A stretch of 20,934 bases of DNA from Candidatus Margulisiibacteriota bacterium (GTDB lineage: Bacteria; Margulisbacteria; WOR-1; O2-12-FULL-45-9): contig JBDRHP010000052.1 in assembly GCA_043816785.1 (NCBI GenBank), positions 1 to 20,934 on the forward strand. The letters run 5' to 3'. This document shows, one piece after another, positions 8,763 through 16,947 of the stretch; the stretch's first letter is position 1, and every line of letters starts with the position of its first letter. Under the pieces are notes generated by a model that ran no database searches, had not been told where the DNA came from, and was given only the letters and a program-made list of their open reading frames with translations. A program made the translations under genes and the position numbers.

Positions 8763-9845
8763 ATGGTACACAATGTAACACTTATTCGCGGCGACGGGGT
8801 TGGCCCGGAACTGGCTGAAGCTACCCGACGAGTGCTTGAAGGAACCGGGATTAAATTTAATTGGGACATTGTTGACGCCGGCGTAGATATCATGGAAAAA
8901 GAAGGCACTCCCCTGCCACCGAAAGTCCTGGATTCGATCCGAAAGAATAAAGTCGCGATCAAAGCCCCGATCACTACGCCGATCGGCACAGGCTTTCGCT
9001 CGGTCAATGTGGCCATCCGCAAGGAACTTGATCTTTACGCTTGTTTGCGGACCAGCAGGACGTACAAAGGTGTCCGCTCAAAATTTGATGACATCGACCT
9101 GGTTGTTGTTCGCGAGAACACCGAAGACCTCTATGCCGGCATTGAATTTGAAGAAGGCAAGCCAGAAACCAAGCAATTGATCGCTGAGATCGAAAAGATC
9201 GGGAAGAAACCAATTAGAAAAGATTCCGGCATCAGCATAAAACCCATCTCCAGGTTTGGCTCCGAGCGAATTGTCCGTTTTGCTTTTGATTACGCAGTAA
9301 ACAACAAGCGCAAAAAAGTCACCGCGATTACCAAGGCCAACATCATGAAGTTTACTGACGGGCTCTTTTATGAAGTTGCCCGCGAAGTTGCCAAGGATTA
9401 TGAAGGCAAGATCGAGTACGAAGAGCGGCTGATCGATAACATGTGCATGCAGCTGGTACAGAAACCCGAGATCTATGACGTGATGGTTTTGCCTAATCTC
9501 TATGGCGACATTCTCTCTGATCTGTGTGCCGGATTGGCCGGCGGCCTGGGGATCGCTCCGGGAGCCAACATTGGCAAAGACATCGCGGTGTTTGAAGCGG
9601 TCCACGGTTCAGCCCCAAAATATAAGGGCCTGAACAAGGTTAACCCTACCGCGCTGATCCTGTCCGGCCTGATGATGCTGCGCTATTTAAAGGAATTTTC
9701 AGCCGCGGACAAACTTGAAGCTGCCGTGACCAAAGTTATTGCTGAGGGTAAATCCGTCACCTACGACATGAAACCTCATCGGGATGACCCTAGCGCGGTT
9801 GGCACCTCGCAAATGGCTGACGCCATCATTGCTGAGATGAAATAA
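8763..9845 (+). CDS. icd: Isocitrate dehydrogenase (IDH/IPMDH family), probably NADP-dependent
   Basis: [23 protein letters not shown] (isocitrate-type S-x-N-x3-R), [15 protein letters not shown] and HGSAPKY (KY at the NADP-type specificity positions). Start reassigned to ATG 8763 because the ORF-track TTG is the -35 box. Confidence 0.88.
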   Translation: MVHNVTLIRGDGVGPELAEATRRVLEGTGIKFNWDIVDAGVDIMEKEGTPLPPKVLDSIRKNKVAIKAPITTPIGTGFRSVNVAIRKELDLYACLRTSRTYKGVRSKFDDIDLVVVRENTEDLYAGIEFEEGKPETKQLIAEIEKIGKKPIRKDSGISIKPISRFGSERIVRFAFDYAVNNKRKKVTAITKANIMKFTDGLFYEVAREVAKDYEGKIEYEERLIDNMCMQLVQKPEIYDVMVLPNLYGDILSDLCAGLAGGLGIAPGANIGKDIAVFEAVHGSAPKYKGLNKVNPTALILSGLMMLRYLKEFSAADKLEAAVTKVIAEGKSVTYDMKPHRDDPSAVGTSQMADAIIAEMK

Positions 9846-9867
9846 AGCTCCCCAGGGAGGCGCATAA

Positions 9868-10317
9868 ATGGCTGAAGAAAAAAAAGAGTTACTCAATAAG
9901 ATCAATGAAGAGTTAAAAAACGCGCTCAAGTCCAAGAACGAACTGAGGCTGTCCGTCCTGCGCATGATGAAAAGCAAGATCCTCTATGTTAACGCCCGCG
10001 GCGACCTGCCGGACGCTGAGATCACCAAGATCCTGACCAAATATGGCAAGGAAGTCAAAGAGTCAATCGGGGAATTTAATAAAGTCGGCCGCGCTGAAGA
10101 CGCGGCTAAGTCTGAAAAAGAGCTGGCTATTGTCCAGGAATTCCTGCCAAAACAACTTTCCCCTGATGAGATCAAAAGTGTTGTCCAGCAAACAGTTAAG
10201 GAAGTTGGCGCAACTTCTATCAAAGAGATGGGCAATGTAATGAAAGCCGTGCTGGCCAAACAGCCTGGGATCGACGGTAAAATCGTTAGCCAGCTCGTGC
10301 GCGAACTGTTGAAATAA
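9868..10317 (+). CDS. yqeY: GatB/YqeY domain protein
   Basis: LSVLRM, FLPKQLS, MGNVMK and DGK motifs; 149 aa; GGGAGG RBS. Confidence 0.92.
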   Translation: MAEEKKELLNKINEELKNALKSKNELRLSVLRMMKSKILYVNARGDLPDAEITKILTKYGKEVKESIGEFNKVGRAEDAAKSEKELAIVQEFLPKQLSPDEIKSVVQQTVKEVGATSIKEMGNVMKAVLAKQPGIDGKIVSQLVRELLK

Positions 10318-10327
10318 GGAGGCAGAG

Positions 10328-10687
10328 ATGCAAATTCTGGGATTATTGGTAATTGGCCTGACCGCGGGGGTCTTGAGCGGATTGCTTGGCATTGGCGGGG
10401 CAACTGTAGTTATTCCCGCGCTGATATTTTTCTTCGGCCTGAGCCAGCATTTATCACAAGGAACAACTTTAGCCATGATGGTGCCGCCGATCGGCTTGTT
10501 AGCCGCCTGGCAGTACTGGCAAAGAGGCGATGTTAAGATCGGCTGGGCCGCCCTGCTCTGCGCGGGTTTTTTTATCGGTGGCTTATTCGGCGCGATCATT
10601 GCTGAACATATTCCCGATCTTCATCTGAGTAAAATATTCGGGGTCTTTTTACTTATTATCGCGGTTAGACTGATCTTCTGGGGGTAA
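10328..10687 (+). CDS. Half-size TauE/SafE (DUF81) sulfite-exporter-family membrane protein
   Basis: GVLSGLLGIGGA...P...SQGT motif; about 4 TM helices; AAGGAGG RBS. Confidence 0.85.
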   Translation: MQILGLLVIGLTAGVLSGLLGIGGATVVIPALIFFFGLSQHLSQGTTLAMMVPPIGLLAAWQYWQRGDVKIGWAALLCAGFFIGGLFGAIIAEHIPDLHLSKIFGVFLLIIAVRLIFWG

Positions 10688-10691
10688 AAGC

Positions 10692-11966
10692 TTGTCCAAG
10701 TATGACATTATTGTTGTCGGCGGAGGTCCTGGCGGCTATGTCGCCGCCATACGCGCTGCCCAGCTGGGCGCTAAAGTCGCCCTGATCGAAAAGGACAAGG
10801 TCGGCGGCACCTGCTTGAACCGCGGCTGCATCCCTACCAAAGCCATTATTGCCTGCACAAATCTTTTTGAGAAAATCCAGGGGGCAGATAATTTTGGGAT
10901 CACGACAGGACCACCAAGCATAGATCTTAAAAAAGTTATTGGGCGAAAGAACCTGATCGTTGAAAAAATAGTCAAGGGAGTAGAGTTTTTACTCGAAAAA
11001 AATAAAGTAGAAGTCATCAGAGGAACAGCAGAAGTTTTGGGATCAGGGAAAGTGGAAATTGAGGCCCAGGGCCAAAGGCAGGAGGCGGAAGGCCAAAGGA
11101 TCATACTCGCTACCGGCTCCTCACCCGCCCGCCTGCCCGGCATTGAATTTGATGGGAATAAATTTCTTTCCAGCGCTCAGGCTTTGGATCTAACCGAGAT
11201 ACCCAAACAGATCAATATTATTGGCGGCGGAGTAATTGGCGTAGAATTCGCCACGATCTTTAGCGCCCTGGGCAGCGAAGTCACGATCTACGAAGCCCTG
11301 TCTGAGATACTGGCTGGAGTTGATGCAGAGATCGTTGCACTGATCAAAAGGATTCTTAGACGCCGGAAAGTAAAGATTCTAACTAACAGCAAATTCGACA
11401 CTTCAAAAGCCGTTGAAAAGAACCTGATCTGCGTTGGCCGGGTTCCTAATTCAGCCGGGCTAGAAAATATTAAGGTGAACAACAAGATGGAAACCAGCCT
11501 GCCGGGCATTTATGCGGTTGGCGATCTGGTTTCCAAGAAAATGCTGGCCCACGCGGCTTATGAGCAAGGCGAGATCGCCGCGGAAAATGCGCTGGGCAAC
11601 AACCGGACTTTTAATGATGAGTTTGTGCCCTCAGCTATCTTCACCAGCCCGGAGATCGCCTGCATCGGCAGGGTCAAAGATGCCAAGACCGGCAAGTTCC
11701 CCTACGCCGCCCTGGGTATTGCTCAAGCCAAAGGTGAAATAGAAGGCTTCATTAAAGTGGTTTCAGACAGCTCTAATAGAATTACCGGCGTCCATATCAT
11801 CGGCCCGGACGCGACAAATCTTATTGGCACAGCAGCGCTTGCCTTAAGAAATGGTTTTACAACCGATGAGCTGGCAAAAACGTTTCAGGCTCATCCGAGT
11901 TTTCCGGAAGGTTTGCAGGAAGCGGCATTAAGCGCGCTTAAAAGGAGTATTCACCAGATCAACTAG
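10692..11966 (+). CDS. lpdA: Dihydrolipoyl dehydrogenase (E3), compact form
   Basis: GGGPGGYVAA, GGTCLNRGCIP (redox disulfide), ATGS, GGGVIGVE, LAHAA and HPSFPE. TTG start. Confidence 0.92.
   Translation: MSKYDIIVVGGGPGGYVAAIRAAQLGAKVALIEKDKVGGTCLNRGCIPTKAIIACTNLFEKIQGADNFGITTGPPSIDLKKVIGRKNLIVEKIVKGVEFLLEKNKVEVIRGTAEVLGSGKVEIEAQGQRQEAEGQRIILATGSSPARLPGIEFDGNKFLSSAQALDLTEIPKQINIIGGGVIGVEFATIFSALGSEVTIYEALSEILAGVDAEIVALIKRILRRRKVKILTNSKFDTSKAVEKNLICVGRVPNSAGLENIKVNNKMETSLPGIYAVGDLVSKKMLAHAAYEQGEIAAENALGNNRTFNDEFVPSAIFTSPEIACIGRVKDAKTGKFPYAALGIAQAKGEIEGFIKVVSDSSNRITGVHIIGPDATNLIGTAALALRNGFTTDELAKTFQAHPSFPEGLQEAALSALKRSIHQIN
11063..11097 (+). repeat. Five imperfect 7-bp tandem repeats inside lpdA
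   Basis: GGCCCAG GGCCAAA GGCAGGA GGCGGAA GGCCAAA. Confidence 0.55.
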
Positions 11967-14835
11967 CTAACACAAGAAGCTCCTCTGGTATTGTATGACC
12001 GGCTGCGGCAGCATTTTTCTTCGCCTGCTCAATTACCTGATTAAAAGGCCCGGCCAGATCAAGCGGCAGATCAGCCCGCAAGATCGTCTTTAGCAATTCC
12101 AAAATTGGTTCATAACGGTATTGAAAATAGATGTCTACTACAAATTCTAAAAAGCGAAAACTATCCAAACTGCCGATCTCGTTGATATCATCTTTAGCGC
12201 GCTCTAGAGTTTGCTCTATACTGGCCCGGAAGGTGCTCATCACGAGGCGAACCTCGGCTTCAGCTAAAGAATCTGCCTGGCCCTGTCTCAACAGCATATC
12301 CAGATAATTAAGGTGCAGATCAGGAAAGCGCGGCGCAAGAGCGATCGCGCGTTCAAACAGTTCCCTGGCCGGACCAATTTCGTCTCTTTCGCCATAAGCT
12401 ACTCCAGCCACATTTAAAACAATAGGGTCTTCGGGAAACTCTTCGAGCGCCCTCTCAATATCTTGTAATGGCGGATGGATCTCCTGGCCGCGATAGGTCT
12501 GGATCCGCAAGCTATGGGCATTCGCCTTGACCGGCGAGTCAGCGTGCAGTTCATCGCTGTGGATCCTGAGCCTGACATCATCAGCCTCAATAATTACCCG
12601 CAAGCGCTGGCGGCAGGTCTCATAGTCGCCATCCCGATAAGCTGCCAAAGCATAGCCATATTGCGCGTAATAATAAGAATCAGTGCCGCGGTTCTCTTCG
12701 CGCCTGAAAAAATCAAATATCGGCTGCGCCAGAGCCGCAGCGCCATATTCCAAAAGATAAATGCCATGATTGACCAGATCAACTTCTAACTCTCGATCAT
12801 AATCAACCTGACTTCTAAAATAATTGAGACTTTGATCATTAACAAATTCGAAGAAGTCTCGCGAAGCACTATCTCCAGGATTAAGCCGCGACCAATAACC
12901 CAGAGTGGCAGCCAAGCCCTTGTCATACTGTTCTGAGTAAAAATATGCCTTAACCAATAACACTTCGGCTATCCCAAGGGCGTTGCCCTGGGCAATGAGC
13001 GGCTCAAGGGCTGTGATCGTTTTTTTCAGCAGGTCTGCTTGTTGAGTTTCTTCATATAACTGCATAGCCGCGAAACCAAAATGCAAACGAGCCGAGTCCA
13101 AAAGACGTCCAGCCGAGGAATCCATTACCATACCAGCATAGGCGATCTTTGGCCGCTGCGGGTCAAATAATCCAGCGGGAGTCGCACTCTTACCAATAAT
13201 TTGCTGAGCAAATCCCATAGCCGTCGGATAATCTGCCTCGTTATTGGCAATAACCGCCAGTTTCTCCAAGGCCAGTACACAACCAGGGTCAGCCTCCAGG
13301 GCCTTATTTAAGGCAACCTTGGCCCCATCATACTTACCATCATTAGCTAATTTAATGCCTCCCATGGCATACAGCTCCGCAGCATTAGCTGGATATTCTC
13401 TGACAACCTTGGCCAAAGTAAAATCAACCAGCATATAGCGCGCAACGTCTTGCAGTTTAGGATTTTTGTTCGCAGCCAGTTTTTCAACTGCTTGCCCCAA
13501 CCTCGTAATAAGCGATGAGGCAATCTCCTCGATCAGGTTCTCTTTTAATAATCCTATGACCAAAGCAATGCTCTCGGGCATCCTAAAAATTGTATTGACC
13601 AATTGAAAACCAAGCTCACGAACATTTACCGGCTCCAATTGTTCATGATTAAAAGACCGGCCGCGGATAGCATTATCATATATCTGGCCAACCAGCTTAT
13701 CTCCCAGGAACTGAAAATATTCTGCTCTCTTTTCCAGCCCATCTTCTAAACAAAGGTCTTGCAGGTAATCAAGTTTTGCCAGGCGACTGCGGGGCGATTC
13801 GGAAAGAACTTTATAACATTGCTCAAAGCTATCTAAACCCAAGATGAATATGGCGTCTATTAAGCCTCGGGCTTCTTCCCGCTGGCCCGGTTTCAACGCC
13901 CGCCAGCCTGATTTAACTTGCTCAATTAATTCTGCGTTTCTCTGCCTCAGGGACTTGGCCAGCAATTTTTCCGCTTCAATCAATTTTGCGGTTAAGGTCT
14001 GCGGAGCTTGGGTTTTAACACTGTGGGTTTTACGGCTTCCTGAGACAACCCTTCTTTTTCGAGCAGCCTTTGTCTTAGGCAGCGGCTGGCTAGGTTTGAC
14101 CGGTTTTGTTTCAGCCGGCTCAGGAGCTAATTCCAAAGCAGCTCGATAACCAACCATGGCCTCATCATAAATTTTCCATTGAAAGTTAAGGTCTCCATAC
14201 TCCCGGTGATATTGAATTTCTTTAGGAAAGGCTTGACGCAATTCGATCAAGGCCCACATCACCCAAACAACGTCATGGGCCTCAGCATCTTTTAACTCAG
14301 CTATGATTTTTTGGTTGAGTTCATGATCCCCAATCTGGACAAGCTCCTGGAGCAAAAATTCAAAATCATCAGCTTTGTGGCGCTCGGAACCAAAGCCTTT
14401 AAGCGCCGCAAAAACCGTTTCCCTGAAACAATACTCATAATCAGGCGCAGCCAGCAGATCTTTTAAATTTTGCAGCAAGGCCATGCCCTTATCATGATTT
14501 TTGGCAAAAGTTTCCTGGAGTTCAGCTACCAGAGTTTCTTTGGTTTTGGGAAAGGTTATACGGACCACAGACTCATGTTTGTCAATTTCCAAAGCCAGAC
14601 TCAGTTTGGCTGGATCTTTTAAAATGGCTTCCAGCTCAAAATATCTCATGCCCTCAGCTATTTGCAGTGAAGAGCCCAACCCGGCTTCGATGGCAGCTCG
14701 CACAAACACGCCGGCTGCTTCAGGATGGATCTGCACTCCCCGACAAAGCGTCTGATATGCGTCAGGCAGCCGCATATTGCGCTCCCGCAAAAAAGTGGCA
14801 AATCTTATTGGTCGTGCTACTGTATAATTTCGCAT
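11959..14835 (-). CDS. Large alpha-helical TPR-repeat protein
   Basis: TPR-like segments: YDEAMVGYRAALELAP, YDGAKVALNKALEADP, ARELFERAIALAPRFPDLHLNY. An alternative start at ATG 14775 has a GGGAG RBS. Confidence 0.8.
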   Translation of the reverse strand: MRNYTVARPIRFATFLRERNMRLPDAYQTLCRGVQIHPEAAGVFVRAAIEAGLGSSLQIAEGMRYFELEAILKDPAKLSLALEIDKHESVVRITFPKTKETLVAELQETFAKNHDKGMALLQNLKDLLAAPDYEYCFRETVFAALKGFGSERHKADDFEFLLQELVQIGDHELNQKIIAELKDAEAHDVVWVMWALIELRQAFPKEIQYHREYGDLNFQWKIYDEAMVGYRAALELAPEPAETKPVKPSQPLPKTKAARKRRVVSGSRKTHSVKTQAPQTLTAKLIEAEKLLAKSLRQRNAELIEQVKSGWRALKPGQREEARGLIDAIFILGLDSFEQCYKVLSESPRSRLAKLDYLQDLCLEDGLEKRAEYFQFLGDKLVGQIYDNAIRGRSFNHEQLEPVNVRELGFQLVNTIFRMPESIALVIGLLKENLIEEIASSLITRLGQAVEKLAANKNPKLQDVARYMLVDFTLAKVVREYPANAAELYAMGGIKLANDGKYDGAKVALNKALEADPGCVLALEKLAVIANNEADYPTAMGFAQQIIGKSATPAGLFDPQRPKIAYAGMVMDSSAGRLLDSARLHFGFAAMQLYEETQQADLLKKTITALEPLIAQGNALGIAEVLLVKAYFYSEQYDKGLAATLGYWSRLNPGDSASRDFFEFVNDQSLNYFRSQVDYDRELEVDLVNHGIYLLEYGAAALAQPIFDFFRREENRGTDSYYYAQYGYALAAYRDGDYETCRQRLRVIIEADDVRLRIHSDELHADSPVKANAHSLRIQTYRGQEIHPPLQDIERALEEFPEDPIVLNVAGVAYGERDEIGPARELFERAIALAPRFPDLHLNYLDMLLRQGQADSLAEAEVRLVMSTFRASIEQTLERAKDDINEIGSLDSFRFLEFVVDIYFQYRYEPILELLKTILRADLPLDLAGPFNQVIEQAKKNAAAAGHTIPEELLVLAS

Positions 14836-14848
14836 TGTTTCTGCTTAT

Positions 14849-14876
14849 TTATCCAAAAAATATAATAAAAATTTCA
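14849..14876 (-). promoter_or_regulatory. Alternative-sigma (sigma-28-like) promoter motif, copy 3
   Basis: TGAAAT-ttttattatatttttt-GGATAA, 13 nt upstream of ATG 14835. Confidence 0.62.
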
Positions 14877-14886
14877 CTATTCAAGC

Positions 14887-14915
14887 AAAAAGGCACTTTT
14901 TTAAAGTGCCTTTTT
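14887..14915. terminator. Intrinsic terminator (bidirectional shape) after the glpX-like gene
   Basis: AAAAAGGCACTTT-ttt-AAAGTGCCTTTTT, a perfect inverted repeat with A/T tails. Confidence 0.8.
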
Positions 14916-14937
14916 ATACTCGTGAAAAACCCAATAT

Positions 14938-16563
14938 TTAGGCGGGGTCAACGAACCAATCGGGCCTTTGATTCCTGGCTGCTGTTAATATAGCATCATC
15001 TCTTTCAGTAAAACGCTGGTTTTTACCGTCTTGGCGCAGAGATCGATAAACATCATCATACATTCGGAAACGCCCCCCATCAAGATCAAGCGCTAAATAA
15101 TATTCCTGTCCTATTTCAGTCCTAAGTCTTTCTTCGTTTGATCTTAACAGCCGCGCTACTCTTTTATTTACTTCCCCGGCTGTGTTTAATTCTAAAAGAT
15201 GCGTGAGATAAGGAGTTAATAAATGCCGAGCAGCTCCTGCGTTTTCCTGATATTCAAATTGAGCATGAAGGATTTCTGCGCGGCCATTAGATGATATCTC
15301 AAGACTATGGACTCTAATCCCTTCTATCCCCACCTCAGCCCCAATCAAACCCCTGAGGGCAGGTTGATAAGCCTCGACCCAAAGACTATTTGTTATGCCG
15401 CCAAATGTGGCAATGCCATCTGCAAAAGGATTTTCATATATATCCTGGACTCTAAAAGGCCGGCCAGGCTCAAAACCATATTCTCTAATAGAAGCCTGCT
15501 CATCTTCACTATAATTATAACGGTCTTCCCATTGATTGCTTTTTAAGCCAGCCTTACTGGCAAACTCAACAACCGCTGTGCCTCCGCGCCAAACAACCGG
15601 TAAAAGCAAGCCAGCTTCTGCTGATCCCCCAATATTTGCTGCAATCCCGTGCAAAGGATAGCCATTGGGAAAGAAATATTCACCTAGGGCGGCAGAAATC
15701 GCAGGCATAACGTCTCCGTCCTTATCCATAACAAAATTAGGCCCTAAAGCTCTAATAGCTTCAACTTCGCTGTCGTGTCTGGGGCGATCAAGAGTAAATA
15801 AATTAATTCTATCCAGGGGCACACCATGCGCTGCGGCAAAAGCTTCCACAATTTCCTCGGCAGAACTCCGGGTAGTAATCTGTGGAGGCAGTTTCTGGCT
15901 ACTAACGACTTTAATCATATACTCATCAGGCAAAGGATTAACTCTGGTTTGGGTATAAACACTGGCAGTAACAGAACTATGAAGCGCCTCAGTGGCTTTA
16001 CCTGTTCCATCAACATCATCAGTCACAATGTAAATTACTTCAATATCCTTTGCTGTATATTCCCCATTTATTATCTTTGCAATATCAGCCCTTAATTCCG
16101 GAGCGCCAAAAACCTGGCCTCTAAACCTGGCTGGATTGCCCCCTTTTTCACCAGGCTTTACCCGTTCCCCTTCGGAAGCGGCTACAACTGCCACTCGATC
16201 ACCAGAAAGAGGCAGCATCATATTTAAGCCTACTCCTTGCACTCCTGCCGCACTACGATCAACCATTCTTTTATTAACATCATTTTTCCCTAACCCCATC
16301 CCACTCACTGCAACCGCTGCGCTGCCCAGCCCATGCATAAGGGTTAGAGGATATCTTAATTCCTTCTGCAGAAATCCGCTTTGCGCTTGAGGATGGGTGG
16401 CCACCGGGGCTAAAGCCTCTTTGGTTACGCTGGTTAACCTTAAGCCATAGGTTCTCAAAAAGGGTGACATAATTTGTCTTAAGGTATCTAATTCTCCTGA
16501 CCGTAAATTTCTAGTCCTGATTCTTGAGGGTCTTATCGAATCAATCCTTGCTAATACTCCCAC
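14938..16563 (-). CDS. Divergent class II fructose-1,6-bisphosphatase (GlpX-like) with N- and C-terminal extensions
   Basis: GlpX motifs in order: SEGE, DDVDGT, YMIK, LDRPRH, DGDV, IGGSAE, GGIT. GTG start with AAAGGAGGA RBS. Confidence 0.8.
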   Translation of the reverse strand: MGVLARIDSIRPSRIRTRNLRSGELDTLRQIMSPFLRTYGLRLTSVTKEALAPVATHPQAQSGFLQKELRYPLTLMHGLGSAAVAVSGMGLGKNDVNKRMVDRSAAGVQGVGLNMMLPLSGDRVAVVAASEGERVKPGEKGGNPARFRGQVFGAPELRADIAKIINGEYTAKDIEVIYIVTDDVDGTGKATEALHSSVTASVYTQTRVNPLPDEYMIKVVSSQKLPPQITTRSSAEEIVEAFAAAHGVPLDRINLFTLDRPRHDSEVEAIRALGPNFVMDKDGDVMPAISAALGEYFFPNGYPLHGIAANIGGSAEAGLLLPVVWRGGTAVVEFASKAGLKSNQWEDRYNYSEDEQASIREYGFEPGRPFRVQDIYENPFADGIATFGGITNSLWVEAYQPALRGLIGAEVGIEGIRVHSLEISSNGRAEILHAQFEYQENAGAARHLLTPYLTHLLELNTAGEVNKRVARLLRSNEERLRTEIGQEYYLALDLDGGRFRMYDDVYRSLRQDGKNQRFTERDDAILTAARNQRPDWFVDPA

Positions 16564-16580
16564 TTATTTATCCTCCTTTA

Positions 16581-16612
16581 AATAAAACAAAAAGCCGCGA
16601 ACAAACTCGCGG
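16581..16612 (-). terminator. Intrinsic terminator/attenuator between the com-like gene and the glpX-like RBS
   Basis: Minus-strand CCGCGA-GUUUGU-UCGCGG hairpin followed by CUUUUUGUUUUAUU, directly before the SD. Confidence 0.7.
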
Positions 16613-16660
16613 ATTCTACTGCCAAATAATTTGGGCCTGACAAACCCTCAGATCACCAGA

Positions 16661-16867
16661 TTAATTTTTTAGAAGATCATACTTCACAATGCCCCGCTCA
16701 AGGATCTTTTTGGTGACATTGTTTTCTGGGATCTCATAGACCACAACAGTTTCATCCTGAAAAAGGTTCATGGTCTTGCACTTGGGGCACTTAATTTCAA
16801 CCTTACTGCCTTCATCAACTTTAGCCAGGAGACGGTGACAAAATTTGCATCTAAAATCTTTCATCAT
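16661..16867 (-). CDS. Mu Com-family zinc-finger regulator
   Basis: FRCKFCHRLLAK...VEIKCPKCKTMN matches the Com pattern RCxxCxxLL...EIKCPRC; RBS GAGGAG. Confidence 0.85.
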   Translation of the reverse strand: MMKDFRCKFCHRLLAKVDEGSKVEIKCPKCKTMNLFQDETVVVYEIPENNVTKKILERGIVKYDLLKN

Positions 16868-16897
16868 TGTTTTAGCTCTCCTCTTTCCACTACTTGA

Positions 16898-16925
16898 TTA
16901 TCGATAGGGTTCCTGAAAAATTTCA
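16898..16925 (-). promoter_or_regulatory. Alternative-sigma (sigma-28-like) promoter motif, copy 4
   Basis: TGAAAT-ttttcaggaaccctat-CGATAA, 30 nt upstream of ATG 16867; an A10 tract (16927-16936) lies just upstream, in UP-element position. Confidence 0.7.
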
Positions 16926-16947
16926 CTTTTTTTTTTACAAATTATTG

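Noticed and set aside
16568..16595. GGATAAATAA before the glpX-like start, resembling motif copy 3
   Set aside because: It overlaps the SD and lacks the -35 half (GCTTTT at that position).
16564..16660. Known riboswitch (c-di-GMP, SAM, TPP etc.) in the com-glpX spacer
   Set aside because: No conserved core of a riboswitch class I recognise; kept only as a candidate new structured leader.
16661..16867. Prophage implied by the Mu Com-like gene
   Set aside because: No phage structural, integrase or mom/methylase genes nearby.
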